Positions 13,234 to 27,347 of a stretch of 64,000 nucleotides of DNA are shown here, piece by piece. Both the position numbers and the translations under genes were made by a program. Numbering within the stretch: the stretch's first letter is position 1; each line of letters opens with the position of its first letter. Where the stretch lies: positions 311,922,001 through 311,986,000 of the forward strand of contig OZ024741.1 of NCBI GenBank assembly GCA_964016885.1, written 5' to 3'. The notes under the pieces were generated by a model. The model did not search any database. It was given only the letters and a program-made list of their open reading frames with translations, and was not told the origin of the DNA. The stretch is from Eledone cirrhosa. Lineage: Eukaryota.

Positions 13234-14757
13234 CAGGTTGCACGCATCGTCAATCAAGCTATATATGGCGGAGTCATACCCAAAGACTGGTGCATCAGTA
13301 TTCTCATAAATTGCTAAAAAGGTAAAGGGGATGCTCTGGAGAGGAGCAGTTATAGGAGAATGTTAGGTTATGAAAGTGGCAGAAAGAATATTTGTTCAAT
13401 TAATCAGAGAAAGGGTCAAATTAGATGAGATGAAATTTGGTTGTGTGCCTGGAAAACGTACAACAAATGCCCTCTTCTTAGTGAGACAACTACAAGAGAG
13501 GTTCCTAGAGAAGAATAAGCCACTATACTTGGCTTTTGTTGATCTAGCGAAGGCCTTTGATAGGGTACCCCGATCTGTCATCTGGTGGTCCCTAAGGAAA
13601 CTAGTTGTAGAGCAATGGCTCGTGAGGACAGTGCAAGCTATGAACAGGGGTGCTGTCAGTAAAGTGAGGGTAGGAATGGAGTTTAGTGAGGAATTCCAGA
13701 TACAAGTAGGAGTTTATCAGGGTTCGGTCCTCAGCCAAATCTTGTTCATTATAGTCCTCCAAGCCATAACAGAGGAGTTTAAGACTGGCTGTCTATGGAA
13801 ACCTCTCTATGCTGACGATCTGGTACTGATAGCAGAATCAGTAGAGGAGCTAGAGAATAAATTATGGATATGGAAAACGCATTTGTAATCAAGAGGACTG
13901 AGAGTGAACATATCTGAAACAAAAGTGTTGGTGAGTAGAAAAGAGGACAACACTCTGATTCGATCAGGAAAATGGCCATGTTCCACATATAGAAAAGGAT
14001 CTCGTATAATTTCTACAAAATATACACAAGAATGCACATCTTGGGTACACAAGAGATGTAGTGGGATAGCAGGAAATGTAACAGGTAGGGAAAACTACGT
14101 ATGCAGTAGATGAACAGGAAAATTTGTCACTAGAAATCACAGTAATAAACACATTTCTCAAATGCAGGTGGGATTCTAAAGAAGTGGTTGATAGCTTCCG
14201 GTGCGTAGGTTATCAGATTAGCATGGATGGGGGTGTTCCTGGGCCATCGTATCTAGAATAAGAACGGGTTGGAAGAAATATAGGGAGCTGATTCCTCTGT
14301 TGACAAAGAAGGGTTTCTCCCTGTGTACCAAAGGCCGGTTATATGATGAACGCGAGATGCACGATGCTGCATGGTAGTGAGATATGGGCAGGAACTACGG
14401 AGGATATGAAGCAAGCATGCTCCGTTGGATGTGCAATGTGCGTGAACACCAAGCATAGATGAGTTGAGCGAGAAACTGTATAAGAGTGATCAGTTGTAGT
14501 GGGCAGGTCAGAAGACAGCGATGGCATGGACGCATAGACATTGACTGGTGGGTAAAGAAGTGCCAAGAAATCCCAGTAGACGGAAGACGCAGTAGGGGAA
14601 GACTACGAAAAACATGGGCTGAGTTGGTGAGAGCAGTCCTCAGATCGCTGAAGCTCACGGAGCGGATGTCGAAGGGTCGTGACAAGTTGAGAGATGCTGT
14701 GCTGAATAGGACCCGTCCCACGCTTGCAAGCAGGGAAAAGCGGACGTAAAATGATTA
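13234..14757 (+). mobile_element. RTE-clade LINE, RT and 3' end (decayed)
   Basis: IPKDW, AFVDLAKAFDRVPR, GVYQGSVLS, LYADDLVL, Cys/His-rich insert (WPC...WVHKRCSG), GRRSRGRLRKTW; 3' tail ...gcggacgtaaaatgattat. Confidence 0.9.
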
Positions 14758-14858
14758 TATACACACACACACACCCACACATATATATATGCATTTATAT
14801 ACATACATATATATATACATATATATGTACATACTTATAATATATATAATACATTTAT

Positions 14859-14944
<86 letters not shown>

Positions 14945-15059
14945 GAGAGGTATAGAGATTGTTTTAGCAAGAAGCTAACGGCATTCTATAACATATATGC
15001 GACTATAACGTCAAGATGGGAAAATATATATATATATTAGGAAGTGAGGGTTTTTTTAC

Positions 15060-15640
15060 AAAATGAAAAATAACCGAGGTGTCCTACACGAGTGAAAGTA
15101 TAAAGAAAAAAAAATGAAATGAAAATGCAACTGGAGTCTTATTTTTAAAAAAAATGTATTTATTTGGTTCCTTTACCGGTTTTGCAGTTTTTTCTGCTTT
15201 TCAAAAGTAGAGTTGAGATGGAGGGTCTGTGGGTTTTCTCTCATCTGGTTGGTCTCTGAATGTTACTTGTTTTATATGGAAAAAAGTGGCTTGAAATGCC
15301 AGGTTTTTAGAGAAGTAATTTGATTAGTTGGTCAATAATTATAATAAATTTCGCGCCAGTTCGCGTTACAAAGTCCTTCAAACCAGGGGGCGGGGGGGGG
15401 GGGGGGGAAGAGGTTGTTTTCTCATATATGAGTGTTTGAATTTCTTTTTACTTAAAGAAAGTGGCTCACGAAGGCTTTTTTTTAATAAATGTAATTTGAT
15501 TGGTTATAAATGAAATTATCACTATCACGTGAACATGTTTTCATTAAATTTTCGCGCCCTTATTTGGAATCTATTCTGTAGCCTTTTTAGAAAATGTTAT
15601 GACAAGCAAAAGATAATGGTCACGAGAAATGGGATGGGAG
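15060..15640 (-). mobile_element. Solo Neptune-like pLTR remnant with variant hammerhead at 15171-15207
   Basis: Similar to 24590-24920; minus strand CTT-TTGAAAA-GCAG aaaaaa CTGC-AAAA-CCGG-TA^AAG. Confidence 0.55.
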
Positions 15641-15645
15641 AATTG

Positions 15646-15691
<46 letters not shown>

Positions 15692-15693
15692 TA

Positions 15694-16484
<791 letters not shown>

Positions 16485-16485
16485 T

Positions 16486-16539
<54 letters not shown>

Positions 16540-16559
16540 TATTTTATATAGATATATAT

Positions 16560-16782
16560 TCCGAGATTGGTGATTATTTCAAAAGCATCATTATTGATAT
16601 TCACTAGATCTTCAGCCGGGGCCTTTCTATAATTCTTTCTCAATTCCTTTAAAATGATCATGCATCAATTTATGTATTTTATCTGATGAGGACGTACTTA
16701 AAAAACAGCTCAGTACCTCCGAAATATATATAATAAAACATATATTTTGATTACGAAAATGTATCCATATATTAATATTTTG

Positions 16783-16790
<8 letters not shown>
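16560..16790. repeat. Inverted copy of 20581-20811 (pLTR/ORF junction of PLE 'B')
   Basis: About 230 bp with about 8 mismatches by eye against the reverse complement of 20581-20811. Confidence 0.9.
16671..16742 (+). ncRNA. Minimal type-I hammerhead ribozyme with canonical core
   Basis: tatgtaTTTTAT-CTGATGA-GGAcGTACT...AGTACcTCC-GAAA-TATATA-TA^ATAAAAcata. Further copies at 20628-20699 (-) and 24083-24154 (+). Confidence 0.85.
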
Positions 16791-16854
<64 letters not shown>

Positions 16855-17552
16855 GGATTAACAAATAATAGTTAAATGCAGTCCACTTAGGTGAAGTCCA
16901 GTTATGGTATTCCAGGTAGTGGATGATATTAACGCTTGGCTTGGTTTGACTCAACAAGGCGTTTTCATAGTGATGCTGCGGGTATGCTGTAATTCCTATG
17001 TTGTAAACACTTGGAGTAATAATAAATCAGGAAAGAAGGTTTACATGGTTTGCTATACAAAAAAGTTTTTAATCACATAGCTTACATTTGTTTCACTGAA
17101 CTGGTATGTCTAGAGATCGCTATCCGCCTAATTTTGCGTCACTCGATCGCCAATACAGAATTATAACCAGTCAGATCTTCGGAGCATGCGAGAATGAAGA
17201 AAATACACAGGCAAGAAAATAAAAGAAAATATGGAGTAGTTATGGCATTCAATTAGAACAATAACAACAACAATTATTACAACAATGCTATCAATAAACT
17301 ATTTAAGGAGACCCTGACATTACTTAGGTGGGGGGTATATAGTGTATCTAATGTTACGGCATGAAAACCAGCTGTCATAAGGCAAAAAGTATCGTAGTGT
17401 GTATCAATTTTAAATTATAAAGATAAGCTAGTTTTTACAGTCTTTCTCTTCATCTTCAACCGTATACATGAGTGGGACCACTGTCAAAGCTCAATAGTTG
17501 TAGAGTTAATACAGAGGTTAACGAATTAATATACGCATATATCTACGCACGC

Positions 17553-17649
<97 letters not shown>

Positions 17650-18178
17650 AGTATAAATACATATACACATATATGTGTACATAGACACATACATACACAT
17701 TAATATACACTCGTACAAAAATATACATACATGCAAAGAGAAAAGCGTGCTAATTGTAATATGGCAAAAAGAAGGTAAAGTAACATTGTAGTAGTGAAAT
17801 GAGAAAAACTAGGATCTAGGATCAAATGATTGCAGCAGCTGAGAAGGAGTAAGATTGTTGGTAGATGAGGTATTTACAGACTATTGTGTGGTATAGACTT
17901 GTGAAGGAAATAGTATACTTAATGAATATATATTTTTTGTGGGTAGTAGGTATCCTAATTTAAAACTATGTTATGTTGGTTCGATTCACGGAGGTTTGAA
18001 TCTTATGAATTTAGTGGCTATTCTATGTCTGCAGAAGATAGATCTTTCTAACTTATTATTAAGTAGCCTTTTAACATTTCTAAGGATATACAATAGCTCA
18101 AGATCACACAGCCCGCAATAGGACATACCTGTACTATAGGTTTTAGCAGCCGACAACTTCGACCAGATTACAGATATC

Positions 18179-19573
18179 GTGGGGCTATTCATAGCACACA
18201 ACCTACATAAGGAATTCAGTAACCTCCAAGGAGGAATTTATAGGGACGACACGTTACTTATAGCTAGGAACCTAAACAACCAGAGCATGGAAAGACTAAG
18301 GAAAAATATTAGAATATTCTTCAAAAAACTAGGCCTAAGTATTACCTACGAACTAAACCATAAGAAGGTAAATTTTCTAGATGTAACTCTAAATCTAAAT
18401 ACTGGATTAATAGAACCTTTCCACAAAAATAATGAAAATCTTGCCTACATTAGTTACAACTCAAATCACCCCAAATCCATAATTAAATCCATAGCACGGA
18501 GTATATCCCTCCGAATATCCCGCCTATCCTCAAACCTAGAAATCTTTAACGAGCATGCTGACTATTATAATGCAGCATTAAGTAGGGCCGGTCATAAAGA
18601 TAAACTACAGTATATAGTGAATAAGGACAACATAAACAATCCTAGTAATTTCTACTCCAACCGCTCACATAATAATAGGAATAGCTTGACTAGACATAGG
18701 GTTAGACATGTAACACCTAGAGTAAACGGCCAAAACACTAATAACGTAAACCCTAGAAACAATAGAAGAAACAGACAAAGAAAATACCTATGGTTCAACC
18801 CAATATTCAACTCCTCTATAAAAACTAGACTGCCCTCTATATTCTTTAAACTAATAGATAAACACTTCCCTATCTCGCATAGATATCACAAACTACTCAA
18901 TAGATCTACTATAAAACTCTCTTTTTCAACAGCAGCCAACATAGAATCACACATACGCAAGATCAACCGCAGAAATATCTCAAGTAAATCAATTGCACCT
19001 ATACATAAGCACAAACTCATCACAACGTCACAACCACAAGCGCATACAAACGCGCAGCAGCAAAACCCCATTGGGCACATATCACAACCCACTTATAACA
19101 GGGTACTAAATAGGAATGTAAAAGCTGCACATAATAGCGCCTCAAACTGCAACTGTCACCTCCCAGATAGGTGCCCATTGGCGAATAGATGTCTCGATTC
19201 GAGCCTGGTGTACATGTGCACTGTCATCTCGGGTAACTCCACTTGGAATTACATAGGATCCACCGCGGGTTCTTTTAAGAAAAGATGGTATGTGCACAGG
19301 CACTCGATGAAAAACCGAGCTCTTATGGGTTCCACCACCCTCGCCAGGAAAATATGGGAATTAAAGGACAGCAACGCTAGCTACACTATCAACTGGTCGA
19401 AGTTGTCGGCTGCTAAAACCTATAGTACAGGTATGTCCTATTGCGGGCTGTGTGATCTTGAGCTATTGTATATCCTTAGAAATGTTAAAAGGCTACTTAA
19501 TAATAAGTTAGAAAGATCTATCTTCTGCAGACATAGAATAGCCACTAAATTCATAAGATTCAAACCTCCGTGA
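18179..19573 (+). CDS. PLE RT C-terminal half plus GIY-YIG endonuclease (5'-truncated, uninterrupted, 464 aa)
   Basis: GIYRDD, VNFLDVTLNL, SNHP, WFNP, CNCx5Cx5C linker, LVYMC...YIGSTAGSFKKRW, CGLC, CRH. Confidence 0.88.
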   Translation: MGLFIAHNLHKEFSNLQGGIYRDDTLLIARNLNNQSMERLRKNIRIFFKKLGLSITYELNHKKVNFLDVTLNLNTGLIEPFHKNNENLAYISYNSNHPKSIIKSIARSISLRISRLSSNLEIFNEHADYYNAALSRAGHKDKLQYIVNKDNINNPSNFYSNRSHNNRNSLTRHRVRHVTPRVNGQNTNNVNPRNNRRNRQRKYLWFNPIFNSSIKTRLPSIFFKLIDKHFPISHRYHKLLNRSTIKLSFSTAANIESHIRKINRRNISSKSIAPIHKHKLITTSQPQAHTNAQQQNPIGHISQPTYNRVLNRNVKAAHNSASNCNCHLPDRCPLANRCLDSSLVYMCTVISGNSTWNYIGSTAGSFKKRWYVHRHSMKNRALMGSTTLARKIWELKDSNASYTINWSKLSAAKTYSTGMSYCGLCDLELLYILRNVKRLLNNKLERSIFCRHRIATKFIRFKPP

Positions 19574-19909
19574 ATCGAACCAACATAACATAGTTTTAAA
19601 TTAGGATACCTACTACCCACAAAAAATATATATTCATTAAGTATACTATTTCCTTCACAAGTCTATACCACACAATAGTCTGTAAATACCTCATCTACCA
19701 ACAATCTTACTCCTTCTCAGCTGCTGCAATCATTTGATCCTAGATCCTAGTTTTTCTCATTTCACTACTACAATGTTACTTTACCTTCTTTTTGCCATAT
19801 TACAATTAGCACGCTTTTCTCTTTGCATGTATGTATATTTTTGTACGAGTGTATATTAATGTGTATGTATGTGTCTATGTACACATATATGTGTATATGT
19901 ATTTATACT

Positions 19910-20010
<101 letters not shown>

Positions 20011-20374
20011 GCGTGCGTAGATATATGCGTATATTAATTCGTTAACCTCTGTATTAACTCTACAACTATTGAGCTTTGACAGTGGTCCCACTCATGTATA
20101 CGGTTGAAGATGAAGAGAAAGACTGTAAAAACTAGCTTATCTTTATAATTTAAAATTGATACACACTACGATACTTTTTGCCTTATGACAGCTGGTTTTC
20201 ACGCCGTAACATTAGATACACTATATACCCCCCACCTAAGTAATGTCAGGGTCTCCTTAAATAGTTTATTGATAGCATTGTTGTAATAATTGTTGTTGTT
20301 ATTGTTCTAATTGAATGCCATAACTACTCCATATTTTCTTTTATTTTCTTGCCTGTGTATTTTCTTCATTCTCG

Positions 20375-20487
20375 CATGCTCCGAAGATCTGACTGGTTAT
20401 AATTCTGTATTGGCGATCGAGTGACGCAAAATTAGGCGGATAGCGATCTCTAGACATACCAGTTCAGTGAAACAAATGTAAGCTATG
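20375..20487 (+). ncRNA. Hammerhead motif with ~80-nt extended stem II (inverted copy at 17076-17188)
   Basis: catGCT-CCGAAGA-T-CTGACTGGT...ACCAGTTCAG-T-GAAA-CAAATG-TA^AGCtatg. Confidence 0.65.
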
Positions 20488-20535
20488 TGATTAAAAACTT
20501 TTTTGTATAGCAAACCATGTAAACCTTCTTTCCTG

Positions 20536-20580
<45 letters not shown>

Positions 20581-20627
20581 TATTATTCAAAATATTAATA
20601 TATGGTTACATTTTCGTAATCAAAATA

Positions 20628-20699
20628 TATGTTTTATTATATATATTTCGGTGGTACTGTGCTGTTTTTTCAGTACGCCCTCATCAGATAAATTACATA
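20628..20699 (-). ncRNA. Hammerhead motif in the inverted 5' pLTR of PLE B
   Basis: Reverse complement reads CTGATGAGGGCGTACTG...CAGTACCACC-GAAA-TATATA-TA^ATAAAAC. Confidence 0.75.
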
Positions 20700-23183
20700 A
20701 ATTGATGCATGATAATTTTAAAGGAATTGAGAAAGAATTATAGAAAGGCCCCGGCTGAAGATCTAGTGGATATCAATAATGATGCTTTTGAAATAATCAC
20801 CAATCTCGGAATTGAAAGGAGGACATAACCTTTCATAACAAGGCAATCACGGATACATTTTAAAGACCATAAATGAAATTTCGAAGAAGACTTGCCTATT
20901 AGAATTATCGCAACTTCGAAGTCAGACATTGGAATAATTAGTAAAAACATAATAGATAGGATTTTGCCAACATTAACTTATGGAAGGGCGCTAGTGAAGT
21001 CATAGATTGGTTTAAGAACATTGAAAATAAGAAATATCATAAATTCATTCAAACTCGTAACCTTTTGAATAAGGCACTTTCATACGCATATAAACACACT
21101 GATCTATCTAGTGAGGAAATTAATATTATTTTAACGGCTAGGCGAACCTTGTTTGACTTTAATAATGATTTTTGGACTCGTTCGGATAGACAGAAACATT
21201 TCGACATTACTATGGGATCGTCCGATTCTGTGCAAGTTACCGATCTTCTGGGAATGTTCAACCTTAATATGATAAATGAGAAAACTGCCAGAGATTACCC
21301 GTGGTTTATATAGAGATGACATATTATTTAATGTAGTTAAACATTATAATAGTGAATTAAATAGAGTAAAGAAAGTAATTGTAGAATTCTTTAAAAATTA
21401 CGAACTGAAATTAGAAGTAGAAAATAACAGTAAAATATTTAACTTTTAAGCCGTAACCCTTAATTTAAACTCAGGCCTATATTACCTCTTCCATAAGCCC
21501 AATGAAAACCTAAATTATGTTAGTTCTTATTCTAATCATCCTAAATGTGTTAAAAATGCAATAGTTAATAGTGTTCAACAACGTATATCCAGATTATCTG
21601 CTAACAAATCTATTTTTGATAGTAAAGCAGGATATTATCATGAAGCGTTACATAAAGCAGGATATAAAAATAATATAGAATATGTAGAAAATAATAATAG
21701 TAATTATAAACAAAATATTCATAATAATAGGAATAATATAAATAAAACTGTAAAAATAAAAATAAAAATATAATAAAAATAACAATTTGGAGAATAAATT
21801 GGTGAAAAAATTAGAAATAGATCTATTATTTGGTATGCCCCACCAGCATCTTTAGCTATTAAAACCCCTTTAGCACATTTATTTTTCAAATCCTTAGATA
21901 AATGTTTCCCTAGAACACATAAGTATTACTCTATCTTCTCTAGACACACGGTTAAACTTTCGTACTCAACAACCATGAATATGGCTCAAAATATTGCAAA
22001 AATTAATAGCAGAATTCTTAATTCAAACCAACATATAATTAGCGATAAAAACAATAGTAATAATAATAATACAATATTTATTGAGAATAACAATAATTTA
22101 AACACATATTGTAGAACACCTACTAATATTAACAATGATAATATGAACAGATTAGATTATAGAAATACCATGAAATTGAACTGTAACTGTAGAAGGAAAT
22201 CCGAATGCCCTTTACAAAATAACTGCCTTGATAACAATTTAGTTTATAAATGTACCATTAAAACAAATATTAATATTACTTATAACTACATAGGTGCAAC
22301 TTCGTCGAACTTTAAACTTAGATTTTCTAATCATAAACATTCTTTTTCTAATCCAGATAAAACAGTTTCCACTTCCTTATCACAATTAATATGGTCTTTA
22401 AAAGAGAAAAATATGAAATACTCAATTTCTTGGATTAAGATTAAAACTCAGAATCTTATCGGAACCATTCCATTTCACCTATCTGCAATCTTTGCAATTT
22501 TGAAACTCTATTAATAATTGCTAATTATGGTAATTTAATTAATAAAAAAAGTGAATTATTTTCAAATTGCCTCCATAAACCTACAAAAATATTTCAAGCA
22601 TCATATAAATTTAGGAAAAAACATTGACTGAGTGTGAAAAGATATTGACTTTTATTAATAATTCTTGTTTTTATTAGTATTTCTAAAATGTTTTACCTCA
22701 CCTTAGGAAATGCATATGGTTTCTTTTATATAGTAAGTTAATCTCTTGATTGACTAAATACCTTTAGTTTGATTTTTAAATCCTCATTTTATGTCGTGAA
22801 TTTTCTATATTTGAAATCTGAAACACCTTCAGGCTTTAAAACTTTTAGTTAATTTAAAAGTTTAGATATATTATACGGAGCTTTTGTTTACATTTATCGT
22901 GTATAATTTTTCATTTTATCCAAATTGATTAATAATCTGTATTTAACTTAACCTATAGCATTGAATACAATAAGATTTGGTTAAATCGAAATAATAATAC
23001 TTTCAGGAGTTAATATAACTAATAATTCATCCTATATGTAATTGATAACTATTGTTTTAAATAGTATTATTTATAATATTTATAATTCTAAACATTATAT
23101 AAAATGCATATACAGATGTTGATATGCAATTAAGTTATGATAAAACTTCTCATACTTATTTACTATACATATCATTGATATTT

Positions 23184-23377
23184 AATAATTGTTTCTACAA
23201 TAGGCAAAATGCCAGCAATTATCCCAGTGTATTATTGGTACTTTATTTTATCGATTCCGTTAGGATGAAAGGCAAAGTTAACCTCGACGGAATTTGAACT
23301 CAGAATGGCAAGGGCCGTAAGTCTATGCGTCAAAGCATGGCGTCCGAACCTCAACCGATACTGCCAATTCACCGCCC
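23184..23377 (-). mobile_element. tRNA-derived SINE with a Meta-domain-like core
   Basis: A box TGGCAGTATCGG, B box GAGTTCAAATTC, core GCCTTTCATCCT..CG.GTCGATAAAATAAAGTACC; nine copies in the window. Confidence 0.85.
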
Positions 23378-24082
23378 TTTATTTAATAATATTTCAGACT
23401 TTGAATTTTGTAACTAAATATTGAATATATTTATTAATTTAACTATGCTCCTGATTATCATTGAAAAATATTTTATATTGTTTAATTTAGATATAATATA
23501 ATATTATAATTTGCTTAAATAAAACCGAATACAATAAATTAAAACTTCACGGTATTTAATTGATCGCTTCTACCTGACTTAATATTTGAAAAAATAAAAA
23601 CGGTCACGCATCATGTCTCTTTCTTCTTTCTTTCTTTGTTTCTTTGTTTCTTTCGTTCTTTCTTTCTTTCTTTGTTATATTTTTACCTCTTTTCCTTATC
23701 CAGTTATATATTCTATCATCTCTATCTCCCACACCCTTCCTTTTATCTTTATATCTTTTTCTCTTTTATCTCCTATTTAGCTCTCTCTCTCTCTCTCTCT
23801 CTCTCTTGTCTTTTTCTGTAACACAGATATTTACATATTTAAATATTTAAAACTTTTATACTTATGTGTTTAATTAATTATTTATTTATTTATTTATTTA
23901 TTCTTTACTTTCTCCTACTCACCCATTCCTATTACTTATATCTCGCTACTTATCCCTCTCCATAATATTTAGTTTGTCACACTTTTACTTGTGGTATATA
24001 AATATTGAGTTTTGTTGTAATAAATCACTGCCAAGATTGGAATTGAACCATCAGCACGGTTGAGGTATGTTATGCATCAACT

Positions 24083-24154
24083 TATGTATATTATCTGATG
24101 AGGACGTACTGAAAAAACAGCACAGTTCCTCCGAAATATATATAATAAAACATA
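24083..24154 (+). ncRNA. Hammerhead motif in the 3' pLTR of PLE B
   Basis: TTAT-CTGATGA-GGACGTACTG...CAGTTCCTCC-GAAA-TATATA-TA^ATAA. Confidence 0.8.
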
Positions 24155-24321
24155 TATTTTGATTATGTGAATGTATCCATTTATTAATATTTTCAATAAT
24201 ATTAATAACACCAGAAAATGTCATTGTTGAGTGCTTTTAATCTATTGTAAAACTGTATTCATTGAGTAATCAATGAACGTTGTTTAACATTTGTTTATAT
24301 ATATATATATATATACATATA

Positions 24322-24447
24322 TAAAGGAACTGCAGCGTGTGTTTCTTATTGGCAACATGACCCTCCCAAAGTATAACAAATATCGGTTTCAACACACGTT
24401 TTCAGTTGAAAATCTTGCTAAACAAATTCAGAAACGATACATATATG
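24322..24447. repeat. ~125-bp repeat X in (TA)n; direct copy at 28269-28390, inverted copy at 29459-29573
   Basis: aaagg(a/t)actgc(a/t)gcgtgtgtttcttattggcaacatgaccctccc...cagaaacgata is present three times. Confidence 0.9.
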
Positions 24448-24473
24448 TATAACTATATCTATCTATCTATCTA

Positions 24474-24545
<72 letters not shown>

Positions 24546-24920
24546 TAAACGGAATAGAAAATGCTGACAAATTGTTCACAGTGAAAAATAGTTTAATTAG
24601 GAATAAATGAGAATTAGTAATTGTATTGGTTAGTATTCAGTTTTGGTTTTAAGTTTTTACCGGTTGCGCATTTCTAAATGCTTTTCAAAAATAATTTTGA
24701 GATAGAGCATCCATGATGTTTGCTCTGATCTGATTAGTTTTGGGAATTCTACCTGTTTTTATGTTAAAAAATTGGCTCGAGCGCTATTAAAATTGCTTTT
24801 GCGCCAATTCGTGTTGCAAAAATTCTTGTGGTCAAAACAATTTTGATTGGTCGGTAGAGGTCATGTGAATGTAAAAAATTGATTTTGCGCCAAGACTGAG
24901 AAATGACTCTTTCACAACAA

Positions 24921-24954
<34 letters not shown>

Positions 24955-25636
24955 TAGTAGTAAAGTGTTCGTTGTTGTGATAATGGTTAGCAGGTATGTG
25001 TGTGCGAACAGCAGTCTGTTGGCAGTTAAAATGCCTATTAAGATAAGTGTGTGTGTATAGCAGAGTAATTCGTGGTATAGGGATGGTTAGTAGTAATGTG
25101 TCTGTAAGTGAGTGAGGGATATTTTAACATGTTAAAATATATTTTTCAGCTCTTGACTTATACGGAGAAGTGTGTGTGTGTGTGTGTAGCAGAGTAATTC
25201 GTGGTAGAGTGATGGTCAGTAGGAATGTGTCTGTAAGTGAGTAGGGGATATTTTAACATGTTCCACTTTGGAAAACGAAACATACTACGAAAAGGCTGAA
25301 CACTACAATCAACAGAAAATTATGAGAAACCTAAACACTCTAATCAACCAATAGAAAGAAGGACTCACTAAGAAGGAATTCAGCTTCATCACAGACTTCA
25401 GAAGTAAATCCAGCCTTTTCTACGGTATCCCTAAAGTACATAAAAGCGAATTAATAAGTAAGGCATGCAAGGAAGCCACAGACATAGTCATCAATGTCCC
25501 CTCACCCAATCATCTCAAATTAAGACCTATAATAGCAGGCCCCGCTTGCGAAACCCACCGCTTTAGCAACTTCATTGATACCCTTCTCAAGCCCTTTCTC
25601 AAACACATCAAAAGCTATATAAGGGACGACCTAGAT

Positions 25637-27075
25637 ATGCTCAATCACATCCCTAATATGCCACTTTCTGAACAAACCCTACTAGTGACGTTCGATGTAG
25701 TCAACCTATACTCCAACATCCCCCACAACCTAGGAATAGAAGCTATCCAATTCTGGCTGGATAATTACCACAATGAACTCCCACAACGCATCAAAATAGA
25801 ATTCGTGATAGAGGGACTCAAATTTATCTTGGAGAACAATTACTTCGTTTTCAATAACAAACCCTACAGGCAGAAATCTGGGACCGCTATGGGAACGAAA
25901 ACAACCCCCACTTATGCCAACCTAGTCATGGGATACATGGAAATCACCCTCTTCACTAAAGTCCTAAACAAATTTGGAAACACTCTCCACTTACACATAG
26001 AAAGAAACTGGAAGAGATATCTAGATGACTGCTTCATCCTTTGGCACGAAAACATAGAAAAACTTAAAGAATTTCACACCCTTATAAATGAGCTCAACAC
26101 GAATATTAACTTCACGATGGAATACAGCCATCAACAACTCCCCTTCTTCGACATCCTCATTAAGATCCATAACAAAAAAATAGAAACAGACATATACTAC
26201 AAGCCCACAGACTCAGGGAAATATCTTCCTTTCAACTCTTGCCACCCTAGACACGTTAAAATTAATATTCCCTACAACTTAGCCAAGAGAATCTGTACTA
26301 TAGTCTCCAATAAAAACACCTGCTACTTACGGCTACAAGAACTAAAGGACACACTGATAGGCAGGGACTACCCTGCATCACTAATTGACAATGTAATCCA
26401 ACGTGCCCTAAAACTCAGTACCCAGGACCTTAGACACTCTAAAGTAAATCAACCGAAACTAAAAGCTCTTCCATACATCTCCACACACAACCCCCTCAAC
26501 AATGAGGCCTTTGACACCATCCTCCAGAACATCCCTGTGTTGAAAAAGGACCATAGAATGAACCAAATCCTACGAACACACGATATCATAAGAGCAAAAG
26601 ACAATCTAAGTCAATGAAAAACATCCTAACACATGCCAAAGTACTGCCAACCACAACAACGAAACCCACATTCAAAAAATGCGATAGACCCAACTGTGGC
26701 ATTTGCATCAACCTAATAGAGGGTTCAGAATTCTATTTCAAAGGACAACGTTTTATAGTAAAACACAATTTCACATGTGCATCGGAAAATGTAATATATA
26801 TATTAACTTGCTCAGGTTGTCGAGAACAATACATAGGCCAGACCAAAAACAGCCTTCGCCAACGCATGACCGTCCATAGATCCCAAATTAAAATACGGGA
26901 ATACAGGAAAATACCACTGAGTGAACACATTGATACCTGTGCTGCCCCAAATCATCCCAACTTCAGAATCTTTCCCCTCTACAAATTTAAAGATAATGCC
27001 ACCCACACGCAGCGCATCAGCAAGGAATCTTACTTTATTAACAAATACGGACCTCCTCTAAACACTTCTCCCTAA
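25637..27075 (+). pseudogene. PLE RT plus GIY-YIG split into ORFs 25637-26617 and 26614-27075
   Basis: Contiguous PLE protein motifs across a single frameshift. Confidence 0.88.
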
Positions 27076-27315
27076 GACGAACCCACAACATACACACGTC
27101 AACATACATGCCTACATCAGCACACATCTCTACCCACATATAAACACAATGACATACGTAAACACACATGTTCTATGGTACAATACAATATATGGTGAAT
27201 ATCATTTCACACCTTTTATTGTTAAGGTTTTTGATGTTCTATTGAGAAAATCGATTTTACTGATAATATCGAATAATGTACACCATTTTACCAGGGAGAA
27301 AAATACTGGTCCACC

Positions 27316-27347
<32 letters not shown>

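Larger units (their letters stand above)
20581..24205 (+). mobile_element. Decayed PLE 'B' (Hydra-like): inverted 5' pLTR, RT/GIY-YIG pseudogene at about 20700-22620, 3' pLTR with hammerhead
   Basis: FDITMGSSDSVQVTDLLG, LYRDD, SNHP, CNCRRKSECPLQNNCL, YIGATSSNFKLRF; HHR-bearing repeat at both ends in opposite orientations. Confidence 0.85.

Noticed and set aside
17986-18201. Separate small gene on the minus strand (71 aa)
   Set aside because: It is the inverted duplicate of the PLE ORF 3' end.
20410-20450. SECIS or kink-turn (GTGA...AAAA...GA) inside the long stem II
   Set aside because: The helix is only 3 bp, the GA is not kept in the 34081 homolog, and the upstream ORF has no in-frame TGA at Cys positions.
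23184-23377. tRNA genes suggested by A/B boxes in the nine ~190-bp repeats
   Set aside because: No cloverleaf or acceptor stem; the shared non-tRNA core and tail identify them as SINEs.
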